Shown piece by piece: positions 7,959-15,469 of a DNA stretch of 36,395 nucleotides; position 1 is the first letter of the stretch; every line of letters begins with the position of its first letter. The notes beneath the pieces are model-generated. The model was not told the origin of the DNA. It saw nothing but the letters and a program-made list of their open reading frames with translations, and did not search any database. A program made the translations under genes and the position numbers. The stretch is from an uncultured Acidobacteriota bacterium (GTDB lineage Bacteria; Acidobacteriota; Polarisedimenticolia; Polarisedimenticolales; JAIQFR01): positions 1 through 36,395 of the forward strand of contig CAZPWK010000002.1 of assembly GCA_964590285.1 (NCBI GenBank), written 5' to 3'.

Positions 7959-9343
7959 TGGGCGCGCCGGACTTCGCCGTCGTGGCGGCATTCCTGGTGG
8001 CCACCGTGGCCCTGGGGGTCCGGTCCGCGCGCCGGACCGGGGAATCGACCGACGACTACCTGCTGGCGGGCAGGAGCCTCGGCCTCGGCCTGTTCGTCGT
8101 GACGCTCGTCGCGACCTGGTACGGGGGCGTGCTCGGCGTCGGCGAGTACAGCTACCGGCACGGCCTCTCCAACTGGCTCGTCCTCGGCGTGCCCTACTAC
8201 GTCGGGGCGCTCCTGTTCGCCGCGCTCTTCGCCGCGCGGGCCCGCGAGACCGGCGAGTACACCGTACCGGACCTCCTCTTCCGCACGTACGGGAAGGCGA
8301 CGGGGCTGGCGGGCACGGTGACCGTCCTCGCGATGTCGCTTCCGGCGGCGTACCTCCTCATGCTGGGAGTCCTGATCCGGCGGGCCACCGGGCTCGACCG
8401 GCGGCTCTCGATCGCGCTGTCCGCCGCGTTCTGCCTCGCCTACATCGCGGCGCGCGGGTTCCGGTCGGTCGTCCGGACCAAGGGGCTGCAGTTCGCGCTG
8501 ATGTACGGGGGCTTCGCGCTCCTGCTTCCGATCGCCGTCCTGCGATACGGCGGTCCGGGCTTCCTCGAGGCGCGGCTCCCGCCGGAGGCGTTCACCTGGC
8601 ACGGGGGCCGGAGCGCGGGCTACGTGGCCGCCTGGTACCTGATCGCCCTCCAGACGCTCGTCGAGCCGACGTTCTTCCAGCGCTGCTTCGCGGCGCGCTC
8701 CGCCCGGGTCGCGAGGAACGGCATCCTGATCGCCGTGCTGTGCTTCGCGCTCTTCGACGGACTCACGACGCTGACGGGCATGTACGCCCGCGCGATCCTC
8801 CCCGGGCTCCCCTCGGCGCTCGACGCCTTCCCCGCCCTCGGCGAGGCGATGCTGCCCCCGGTCCTCCTCGGGCTCTTCTACGCGGGCCTCCTCGCCACGA
8901 TCCTGTCCACGGTCGATTCGTTCCTCTTCGTGGGCGGCGTCACGGTGGGCCGCGACCTCGCGTGGAGGCTCTCGGGCGGGGCCCGGGACCAGCTCCTGTG
9001 GACCCGCGTCGGGCTCGTCCTCTCGGCGGCGGCGTCCGCCGCGATCGCGTCGGCCTCGGAGTCGGTCGTGGCGCTCTGGTACGGGTTCGGCAGCGTCGGC
9101 ACGGCCGTGCTGCTTCCCCCGCTCCTCGGGGCGTTCTACCCCGCGATCCGGCCGACCCCCCGGTTCGCCCTCGCGGGGATGGCGATCTCCGGCGCGGTCA
9201 CGCTGGCCTGGATCGCGCACTCCGCCGCCCGCGGCCCGGAACGACCCTGGCTCGGCATCGAGCCGATCCACGCCGGGCTCGCCGCCGCCGCGGTCCTCCT
9301 CGCGGCCGGCGTCCTCGACGCCAAGCGTTCCGGCGTAGACTGA
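7958..9343 (+). CDS. sodium:solute symporter (SSS) family permease, 461 aa; candidate thiamine or thiamine-precursor importer (ThiV-like by context)
   Basis: ATG 7958-7960 overlaps the receptor stop (TGATG, 1-nt overlap). The N-terminus DDYLLAGRSLGLGLFVVTLVATWYGGVLGVGE is SSS-typical, and about 12-13 hydrophobic segments follow. It belongs to the same riboswitch-controlled unit. Confidence 0.9.
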   Translation: MGAPDFAVVAAFLVATVALGVRSARRTGESTDDYLLAGRSLGLGLFVVTLVATWYGGVLGVGEYSYRHGLSNWLVLGVPYYVGALLFAALFAARARETGEYTVPDLLFRTYGKATGLAGTVTVLAMSLPAAYLLMLGVLIRRATGLDRRLSIALSAAFCLAYIAARGFRSVVRTKGLQFALMYGGFALLLPIAVLRYGGPGFLEARLPPEAFTWHGGRSAGYVAAWYLIALQTLVEPTFFQRCFAARSARVARNGILIAVLCFALFDGLTTLTGMYARAILPGLPSALDAFPALGEAMLPPVLLGLFYAGLLATILSTVDSFLFVGGVTVGRDLAWRLSGGARDQLLWTRVGLVLSAAASAAIASASESVVALWYGFGSVGTAVLLPPLLGAFYPAIRPTPRFALAGMAISGAVTLAWIAHSAARGPERPWLGIEPIHAGLAAAAVLLAAGVLDAKRSGVD

Positions 9344-9382
9344 GCGGCAAGGCGGCCCGTCCCGTGCCGCGCGGAGGCGAAG

Positions 9383-9679
9383 ATGCCCACCTACGTGCTG
9401 ATGTCCCGCCTGTCCCCCGAGGTGACGCGAAACATGCGGAACCGGGAGGAGATCGGCAAGGAGTGGAAGCAGCGGATCGCGCACCAGGTCCCGGAAGTCC
9501 GGTGGCTCGCCCACTACGCCCTCCTCGGGCCCTACGACTTCCTGGACATCTACGAGGCCCCGAACGAGGAAGCGGCGGCGAAGGTGTCCATGATCTCCCT
9601 GACGCTCGGAGCGCTGCGCGCGGAGTCGTGGACGGCCATCCCCTACTCCAGGTTCGTGGAACTGTCGAAGGAGGTTTGA
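9383..9679 (+). CDS. GYD domain-containing protein (98 aa)
   Basis: LLGPYDFLDIYEAPNEEAAAKVSMISLTLGALRAESWTAIPY matches the GYD-family signature (G-x-Y-D ... EAPD/N ... G...T.T). RBS GGAGGCGAAG precedes the ATG. Confidence 0.85.
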   Translation: MPTYVLMSRLSPEVTRNMRNREEIGKEWKQRIAHQVPEVRWLAHYALLGPYDFLDIYEAPNEEAAAKVSMISLTLGALRAESWTAIPYSRFVELSKEV

Positions 9680-9710
9680 GCACGCGACGGCCGCGGTCTA
9701 GACTGGGAGC

Positions 9711-10259
9711 GTGGCCGACGCCCTCGCACCCGGGTTCCTGATCGCCGTCCCGCAGATGCCGGATCCGAACTTCCGGCACACCGTCGTGCTGCTCCTGCAG
9801 CAGGGCGAGGAAGGGGCGTTCGGGATCGTCGTCAACCGGGAGACGTCCCTGCTCCTCGGCGATCTCTGCCGAGATCACGAGATCCCCTACTCCGGGGCGG
9901 AGGGGAAGAGGGTCCGCCAGGGCGGGCCGGTGCAGCCGGAGCAGGGGCTCGTCCTGTACGGGCCGGAGCACGAGGACCCGGAGGGGCGCGAGGTGCAGGA
10001 GGGCCTCTTCCTCAGCGCCTCCACGGCCACGCTGGCCCGGCTGTGCTCTCTCCGCGAGGGGCGGTTCCACTGCTACGCGGGCTACTCCGGATGGGCCCCG
10101 GGCCAGCTCGAGCGGGAGATCTCCGAGGGGTCGTGGATCCTCGCCCCGTCGGATCCCGCTCTCGTGCTGGACCCGCCCCCGGACGCGATCTGGGAATCGG
10201 CGCTCCGGTCGATCGGCATCGACCCGGCGGCGATCGTGCCGGGAGGGGGCGAGTCCTGA
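9711..10259 (+). CDS. algH: YqgE/AlgH family protein (UPF0301/DUF179), 182 aa
   Basis: GTG start with GGGAG upstream. GFLIAVPQMPDPNFRHTVVLLLQQGEEGAFGIVVNRET and YAGYSGWAPGQLEREISEGSWIL are the family hallmarks. Confidence 0.88.
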   Translation: MADALAPGFLIAVPQMPDPNFRHTVVLLLQQGEEGAFGIVVNRETSLLLGDLCRDHEIPYSGAEGKRVRQGGPVQPEQGLVLYGPEHEDPEGREVQEGLFLSASTATLARLCSLREGRFHCYAGYSGWAPGQLEREISEGSWILAPSDPALVLDPPPDAIWESALRSIGIDPAAIVPGGGES

Positions 10260-10285
10260 GCGGCGCTCGCCGCCGGCCCCCTCAG
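10254..10285. terminator. hairpin spanning the stops of two convergent genes; weak terminator candidate
   Basis: CCTGAG (10254-10259) pairs with CTCAGG (10280-10285), enclosing a GC-rich inner stem (GCGGCG..CGCCGC). Each arm contains a stop codon (TGA of algH, TCA = TGA of the LTD gene). Function is not established. Confidence 0.25.
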
Positions 10286-10788
10286 GTCCTGGCTTTGCCC
10301 GTGCGCGTCACCTTCGATCGGTTCCGCGGCGGCGTCCGCCGCACCGGCTCGATCGTCTCGCCCCCCCTCTCGTCGACGACCAGGACTTGCCGGGGCAGCC
10401 GGCCGACCCGCTCGGCTCTCGCCCTCGGGTAGGCGAAGCGGGCGACCTCCTCGCCGTCGCAGTCGAAGAGGAACGCGGAGTCCCCTCGGTTGTTCCACAC
10501 GTTCTCGTCGGTCCATCCGAGCACGTCGGGGGGCCGGTGAATCACCCCCTCCCCGCTCGTGATGCGAACGCTCGCCCCGGGGTCCAGCACGAAGCCGTCC
10601 TCGAACCGGAAGATCCGGGTCCCGCGGAGGCTCGCGAGCGCCCATCCGGTCATCGGCTGCCCCGCGCGCCCCTCGTTGACGATCTCGACCCGCTCGGACC
10701 TGCCCTCGTTGAGAACGTCCGCGATGCGGATCTTCGCTCCCTCGACCAGCTTCATGGACGCGAACGACGCTCGGCGGTGGAGTCCCAT
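10282..10788 (-). CDS. stand-alone lamin tail domain (LTD) protein, 168 aa, no signal peptide, basic C-terminal tail
   Basis: ATG 10788 is preceded by GAGGAGAAGGCCG. The LTD pattern is ERVEIVNEGRAGQPMTGWALASLRGTRIFRFEDGFVLDPGASVRITSG...VWNNRGDSAFLFDCDGEEV. The N-terminus MGLHRRASFASMKLVEG is not hydrophobic. The tail is RRTPPRNRSKVTRTGKART. Confidence 0.8.
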   Translation of the reverse strand: MGLHRRASFASMKLVEGAKIRIADVLNEGRSERVEIVNEGRAGQPMTGWALASLRGTRIFRFEDGFVLDPGASVRITSGEGVIHRPPDVLGWTDENVWNNRGDSAFLFDCDGEEVARFAYPRARAERVGRLPRQVLVVDERGGETIEPVRRTPPRNRSKVTRTGKART

Positions 10789-10934
10789 CGGCCTTCTCCT
10801 CGCCCGGGAGGGCGGACCCGCGGCCCCTCGGGCGGGGAGGCCCCGGGATCCGCGCGACGCTCCCAGCTTGCCACGGCCGGCCCCCCGAGGCCAGTCGGGT
10901 CCCGGCGCTCGATGGCCGCGACGCGACCCCCGGA

Positions 10935-12059
10935 TCAGGGAAGGAACCCGCGCGGGTCTCGGAGCTTTCCGGGGAGGTACTCGTCGATGACGTAGTTCAG
11001 GCCCCACCGCGCGAGCGCCTGTTGCTCGGCCCGGACCCCCATCCGGACCAGCGACTCGAGCGCGCACGCCCAGGGCTTGTGGATCCGGAAGAAGGGGTCG
11101 TTCTTCAGCGCGTCCTTCGCCCTCTTGACGTCCACGTCCTTCAGCGGGTGGGTCGGCAGCTTGTAATCGACGATGTCCTTCGGCGTCACGCCGAGGAAGG
11201 AGGCGCGGGGGACGCAGAAGAAGCGATTGATGTGCGCCGCGTTGCCGGACCCGACCTTCAGCGTCCGGTAGATGTTCGAGATCCCGTAGGGGTCGCAGTC
11301 CACGAAGGCGTACACGGGAAGGTCGCAGGAGTCCGAGAGGCGCCGGACGAACCTCCGCGTGGCGCGCGTGGGAACCCCCGCCATGGACACGAGGATGCAG
11401 CGGGCCTTCTGCCAGAACTTGTGGCTCTGCAGCCTCTGGAACATGCCGCCCGTCTCGATGCAGAGGATGAACTTCGCCTTCGTCTCGAAGGTGAGGTGCT
11501 CCACCAGCGACGGGATCGAATAGGCGCCCGAGCCGAAGCGCGTGCAGTCGATCTTCTCGACCTTCCCGGTCTCGAGATCCGTGTCGTAGACGATCAGCTC
11601 GCCCGCGACGGCCCCCCCGTGCTCGTCGGGGATGTAGCGCAGCTGCTCGCGGCTGACGCCGTGGACGGAGAACATCGCCTCGACGTCGTCCATCACCATG
11701 TCGGACTCGGCCTGCTCGTCGAAGCGGGCGTCCCCCCAGTTCTTCGACTGGTAGTAGGCGTCCCTCTTCGTCGCGAAGTCGTTGGTCTCCACGAGCTCCT
11801 TCGAGAGGGCCATCATCTTCAGGGTCTGGGCGAACGTCTTCGCGGTCGTCACGGAGAGGGTGCGGACCGACTTCCCGCGTCCGATCTCGAACCAGCCCTT
11901 CTGCGGATCGTAGCGGACGTTCCCGAGCGACCGGATCGGGAAGGCAACCTCGGGCCTCGCGTGCCGGTCGATCCGCCGCTGGATTCCGGCCGCGACCCCG
12001 GTGATCGCCTCGACGGTCACTCGATCGAGCTTCGACTTGCGGGCCTCGGGAGATTTCAC
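10935..12059 (-). CDS. top6A: DNA topoisomerase VI subunit A / Spo11-family protein, full length (374 aa)
   Basis: GTG start 12059 with GAGG 7 nt upstream. 5Y-CAP catalytic-tyrosine motif TKRDAYYQS. Toprim glutamate in ILCIETGGMFQRL. Toprim DxD in YAFVDCDPYGISNIYRTLKVGS. The C-terminal RAEQQAL is typical of Top6A. Confidence 0.88.
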   Translation of the reverse strand: MKSPEARKSKLDRVTVEAITGVAAGIQRRIDRHARPEVAFPIRSLGNVRYDPQKGWFEIGRGKSVRTLSVTTAKTFAQTLKMMALSKELVETNDFATKRDAYYQSKNWGDARFDEQAESDMVMDDVEAMFSVHGVSREQLRYIPDEHGGAVAGELIVYDTDLETGKVEKIDCTRFGSGAYSIPSLVEHLTFETKAKFILCIETGGMFQRLQSHKFWQKARCILVSMAGVPTRATRRFVRRLSDSCDLPVYAFVDCDPYGISNIYRTLKVGSGNAAHINRFFCVPRASFLGVTPKDIVDYKLPTHPLKDVDVKRAKDALKNDPFFRIHKPWACALESLVRMGVRAEQQALARWGLNYVIDEYLPGKLRDPRGFLP

Positions 12060-12301
12060 GGGTCGGCCTCGATGCCAGAAGGAGCGTCGTGAACGAACGG
12101 GGGAAAGATAGCACGCCGCCCGGGCCGCGGAATCCGGCGTCCCCTTCCCTCCGGCCGGAGGATCTGCTACGCTTCGCCCGCCCGAGGTCGCCCCGGCTGC
12201 CGCCGGGCGGCGCTTCGGGCCGAGACCGGGGGGATTCCGAGACCTGAAGTGGGCAGGCGGCCCGGCGCGGGGCGAGGGAATCGTCCGCGTGGGGGGCGCG
12301 C

Positions 12302-13123
12302 GTGATCATCGTTCATTCGACGCATCCGGGTTGGCTGTCCAACGCCTACCTGATCGCCCCGCGGGAAGGGGGCGAGGCCGTCGTCGTGGACAGCGGCGCC
12401 CCCTTGGGCCCGATCTTCGGAGCGATCGGCACCGGGAGGCTGCGGCTCCGCGCCGTCCTGACGACGCACCGGCACCCGGACCACGTGGCGGGGCACCCGG
12501 AGATTCGGAGGAGGACCGGCGCGACGATCCTCGCTCTCGAAGGCGAGTCCGAGTTCGTCGAGGACTCGGTGCCGGTCCGGGACGGGCAGGACCTGGCGTG
12601 GGACGGACTGGCGGTGCGCGCCCTCCGGCTCCCCGGCCACACGCGGTTCCACGGGGGGTTCCTGGTGGCCGGCGTGGGTCTGTTCACCGGGGACTTCCTG
12701 TTCGCCGGCTCCTTCGGGAGCACGGTCCGGGCGGGCCCCGACGGCTTCGAGGCGGCGCGCCGGGCGCTCTTCGAGCACGTGCTCGGCCTGCCGGACGAGA
12801 CGGCGGTCTACCCGGGGCACGGGGCCACGACGACGGTCGGCCGGGAGAGGACGACGAACCCGTTCCTTCGCGTCCTCACCGGCCTCGATCCCGAGGGGTC
12901 CGGTCCCTGCCGGGTGCGGGGACGGACCGCCCGCCTCATCGTGCTGGCGAGGCAGTTCGACGGTCGCAACAAGGCCTGGATCCGGTTCGAGGACGACGGC
13001 ACCGACGCGGTCCTGCCCGGGCGCGAGGTCGAACTCGAGCGCGCGCCCATCCGTCCCCCGGATTCTCGAAAGGCCGGGCCGCGGCCCGCGCGCGGCTCCC
13101 ACCTTCACGTCGTCCGCGACTGA
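12302..13123 (+). CDS. MBL-fold metallo-hydrolase (glyoxalase II-like core) with a ~75-aa C-terminal extension; 273 aa
   Basis: GTG start. Metal motif LTTHRHPDHVAGH (HxHxDH), then LPGHT, TGDFLF and YPGHG, with the core ending NPFLRV. The extra C-terminal segment is CRVRGRTARLIVLARQFDGRNKAWIRFEDDGTDAVLPGREVEL... Confidence 0.88.
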   Translation: MIIVHSTHPGWLSNAYLIAPREGGEAVVVDSGAPLGPIFGAIGTGRLRLRAVLTTHRHPDHVAGHPEIRRRTGATILALEGESEFVEDSVPVRDGQDLAWDGLAVRALRLPGHTRFHGGFLVAGVGLFTGDFLFAGSFGSTVRAGPDGFEAARRALFEHVLGLPDETAVYPGHGATTTVGRERTTNPFLRVLTGLDPEGSGPCRVRGRTARLIVLARQFDGRNKAWIRFEDDGTDAVLPGREVELERAPIRPPDSRKAGPRPARGSHLHVVRD

Positions 13124-13144
13124 CCGAGGCCTCGAGCCGGTCAG
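13120..13144. terminator. hairpin spanning the stops of two convergent genes; weak terminator candidate
   Basis: CTGACCG (13120-13126) pairs with CGGTCAG (13138-13144) across an 11-nt loop. The two stop codons (13121-13123 and 13141-13143) lie in the arms. Confidence 0.3.
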
Positions 13145-14031
13145 GATTCGGCGCCGGCGCCTCCGGCCTCGGACCGGCCGATCGTCCCGGCCTCGCGCTC
13201 GAGCCATCGGGCCAGCTCGCCGGCGTCCATGAAGCCGGTCGCCCGCGAGATCTCGCGGCCTTCGGGATCGAGGAGGACGAGGGTCGGGTAGGACGCGACG
13301 CGGAATCGCTCCGCGAGCTCCGTCCCCCGGAAGCCCCCCCGCTCGGACGTCTCGTCGACGTCGACGCGCGAGGCGACGACGCCGGACAGCAGATCCGCGA
13401 CCCGGGGATCGCGGAACGTCCTCCGCTCCATCCTCTGGCAGGGGCCGCACCAGGCGGCGTAGAAATCCACGAGGATCGGCTTGCCGGAAGACTTCCCCCG
13501 CTCGAGAGCCGGGCCGAAGTCGAGCCATTCGATCCTCCGCGCCGCGACCCCGTCCGAGGCCGAGGCTCCGCCGAGCCCGTCCGCCGGCGGCGGCGACGGC
13601 CTCAACGCGGTGGCGACGGACGCCGCCAGAAGCGCAAGTCCCGCGGCGAGCGTCGTCCATCCCGCGGCGCGCCCGGAGCGCGGGAACGGCCGCGCCTCCG
13701 GCGCCAGCCCCCTGCGCGCGTCGCCGGTCGCCGGCACGAGAAGGAGGATCGCGGCCGTGGCGGGCACGAGGATCGTCAGGATCGCGAGCGAGCCGCCGCG
13801 CGACGCGAGGATCGGGGCCGCCGCAGAGGCCAGGAGGGCGAGCACCGCAGCGCCCGCCCACCGGGCCCACCGCCGCCGGGTCAGCAGGCCGACCGCGAGC
13901 CCCGCTGCCGCGACCGCGCGCAGGAGACCCGAGGCGGCGTCGAGTCCCGTCGGCCCCCGGAAGGTCTGCCCGGCCTCCAGGATCGCGAGGAAGGCGAAGA
14001 CGATCGCGGCGAAGAACGGTCCGAACGGCAT
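13141..14031 (-). CDS. membrane-anchored thioredoxin-fold protein (WCGPC active site), ~296 aa
   Basis: The N-terminal half has about 4 hydrophobic helices (FFAAIVFAFLAILEA, AVAAAGLAVGLL, VLALLASAAAPILA, AILTILVPATAAILLLVPA). The C-terminal thioredoxin domain reads KPILVDFYAAWCGPCQRME...YPTLVLLD. The start is placed at ATG 14031 (RBS GGAGGGGGAG) because the longer ORF start at 14073 overlaps the predicted -10 box. Confidence 0.8.
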   Translation of the reverse strand: MPFGPFFAAIVFAFLAILEAGQTFRGPTGLDAASGLLRAVAAAGLAVGLLTRRRWARWAGAAVLALLASAAAPILASRGGSLAILTILVPATAAILLLVPATGDARRGLAPEARPFPRSGRAAGWTTLAAGLALLAASVATALRPSPPPADGLGGASASDGVAARRIEWLDFGPALERGKSSGKPILVDFYAAWCGPCQRMERRTFRDPRVADLLSGVVASRVDVDETSERGGFRGTELAERFRVASYPTLVLLDPEGREISRATGFMDAGELARWLEREAGTIGRSEAGGAGAES

Positions 14032-14061
14032 GCGGCGCTCCCCCTCCCCCGAAAGGCCAGC

Positions 14062-14090
14062 TATGTACATCACGGAAGGGGCCTTCGCAA
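14062..14090 (-). promoter_or_regulatory. sigma70-like promoter for the thioredoxin-fold gene
   Basis: The minus strand reads TTGCGA (14090-14085), a 17-nt spacer, then TACATA (14067-14062). The -10 element ends about 30 nt upstream of ATG 14031. Confidence 0.4.
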
Positions 14091-14180
14091 GGAGATCGGG
14101 GATCGCGGCGCCCGGGCGTGGAGCGGGAATCCGAGGAGCCGGGGCGCCGCGCGCCGAGGCGCACGGTGCCCCGGTCCCGG

Positions 14181-15206
14181 TCAGATGGCGGAGGCCCGAG
14201 AACCGACGACGCGGGGAGGGAGCGGCGGGCGGGGCGGGGCCGCGGGCCGCGGCGGGACCGGCGGGACGGCCGTCGCGGACGCGCGCGGTCCCGTGGGCTC
14301 TTCCTCCTCGACCTCGGGAATCGTCGCCTTGAGGCGGAGCGACCGCTTGTCCCGCACGACCTCCAGCTCCACCGTGGCCCCCTCCTTGTCCTCGAGCGCC
14401 TCGAGCAGGTCGGGATGGTCGGTGACGTCCTCGCCGTCCACCGAGACGATGAGATCGCCGACCTTCACTCCCGCCTTCTCGGCCGCGCTCCCCGGGAGCA
14501 CCCGGCCGACCAGGACGCCCGCCTCGCGGCGGCCGCCGAGGAACTCGCGGAGGTCCGGGGTCGCCTGGACCAGCTCGACGCCCAGCTTGGGCTTGCTGAC
14601 CCAGAGCCAGCCCCTGCGCCCGAGCTCGGGGACCCGCTTGAGAACCTTCAGCTCCTGTTGAGCCCTGGCGCTGTCCTTCTGGGCCCGCTCGATCTCGACC
14701 CGGAGATCCTCCATGTCGGGGATCTCGGGGAGCGGGATCAGGACTTCCTCGTCGTGGTCGGGAAGGACGACGTGCACACGATGCTGTCGCCGCTCGCCCA
14801 GCTCCACGTTCACGGTCTCCCTCTTCCCCCCTCGGACGACCGTCAGCGGTACCTTGTCCCCCGGCTTCGAGGCGCGAATCTGCTTCGTGAGGCCCGCCGG
14901 ACCGCGAACCGGAGCGTCCCGGAACGCGACGATCACGTCTCCCGCGCGGAGGCCGGACTTCTCCGCCGGGGAGTCCGGGAGCACCGACTCGATCCGGGCC
15001 CCTCCGTCCGGCGAGTCTGTCTCCTCAATGAGGTTCACGCCGAGGTAGGTGGCCTTCCGCGCATCGCGGTCCTCCTCCTCGACGACGAGCTGGATCTCCT
15101 TCCTCTCTTCCTCCCGCTCCCCGGCGATCGCCGCGGCTCCCGTCGCCAGGATTCCGGCCGCGGCAACGAGAACGGCCAGCACGATTCGGATCGACGTTCC
15201 TTTCAT
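14181..15206 (-). CDS. secreted protein with two PDZ domains, a coiled linker and a Pro-rich C-tail (341 aa); no protease domain
   Basis: ATG 15206 is preceded by GGAGGGTGAGCCG. Signal/anchor MKGTSIRIVLAVLVAAAGILATGAAA. PDZ signatures YLGVNL...GARIESVLPDSPAEKSGLRAGDVIVAF and LGVELV...GVLVGRVLPGSAAEKAGVKVGDLIVSVDG. Tail PVPPRPAAPPRPPLPPR. Confidence 0.8.
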   Translation of the reverse strand: MKGTSIRIVLAVLVAAAGILATGAAAIAGEREEERKEIQLVVEEEDRDARKATYLGVNLIEETDSPDGGARIESVLPDSPAEKSGLRAGDVIVAFRDAPVRGPAGLTKQIRASKPGDKVPLTVVRGGKRETVNVELGERRQHRVHVVLPDHDEEVLIPLPEIPDMEDLRVEIERAQKDSARAQQELKVLKRVPELGRRGWLWVSKPKLGVELVQATPDLREFLGGRREAGVLVGRVLPGSAAEKAGVKVGDLIVSVDGEDVTDHPDLLEALEDKEGATVELEVVRDKRSLRLKATIPEVEEEEPTGPRASATAVPPVPPRPAAPPRPPLPPRVVGSRASAI

Positions 15207-15323
15207 CGGCTCACCCTCCGGACGGCTATCGCGTCCTTCCCGTACTACGCCCGGCCCCTTCTCCCGGACGAATGCCGCCGCCTCCGGACCGTTGTTCCCG
15301 GGCAACCGGGCCTCGGGCCGGGC

Positions 15324-15352
15324 TTGACCCGGGGAATCGCCGGAACGATCTT
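15324..15352 (+). promoter_or_regulatory. candidate promoter for the Cys-rich secreted protein gene
   Basis: TTGACC (15324-15329), a 17-nt spacer, then GATCTT (15347-15352). This would leave a leader of about 110 nt. The -10 element is weak. Confidence 0.3.
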
Positions 15353-15469
15353 CGCGTCCGAGAGCGGACGGCCCCCGTCCAGGGCGTCCCGCGAGAAGAG
15401 GCCTCCTCCGGTGCCCGCGTCCCCGAGCGCTCCCCGACGAAGCTCCGGGACCCGAGAAGGAGGTCGGCC

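Noticed and set aside
5487-7991. 834-aa minus-strand ORF antisense to the TonB-dependent receptor
   Set aside because: It is an Arg/Pro/Glu-rich shadow frame. The plus-strand frame has a signal peptide, plug domain and C-terminal Phe, and is preceded by the riboswitch.
10789-12309. Upstream part of the 675-aa ORF 10282-12309, considered as a possible hidden Top6B or a longer LTD protein
   Set aside because: Only the last 168 codons are LTD-like and they have their own RBS. The rest is an Arg/Gly/Pro-rich out-of-frame read of the top6A gene on the same strand, with no GHKL ATPase motifs.
14032-14073. Longer start (MMYIAG...) for the thioredoxin-fold protein
   Set aside because: Those codons coincide with the predicted -10 box (TACATA) of a TTGCGA-N17-TACATA promoter. 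ATG 14031 has a GGAGG-type RBS and starts directly at the first TM helix.
12167-14661. 665-aa (minus) and 790-aa (plus) ORFs across the MBL/thioredoxin/PDZ genes
   Set aside because: These are low-complexity R/G/P/A translations that conflict with three motif-bearing genes. They are shadow frames.
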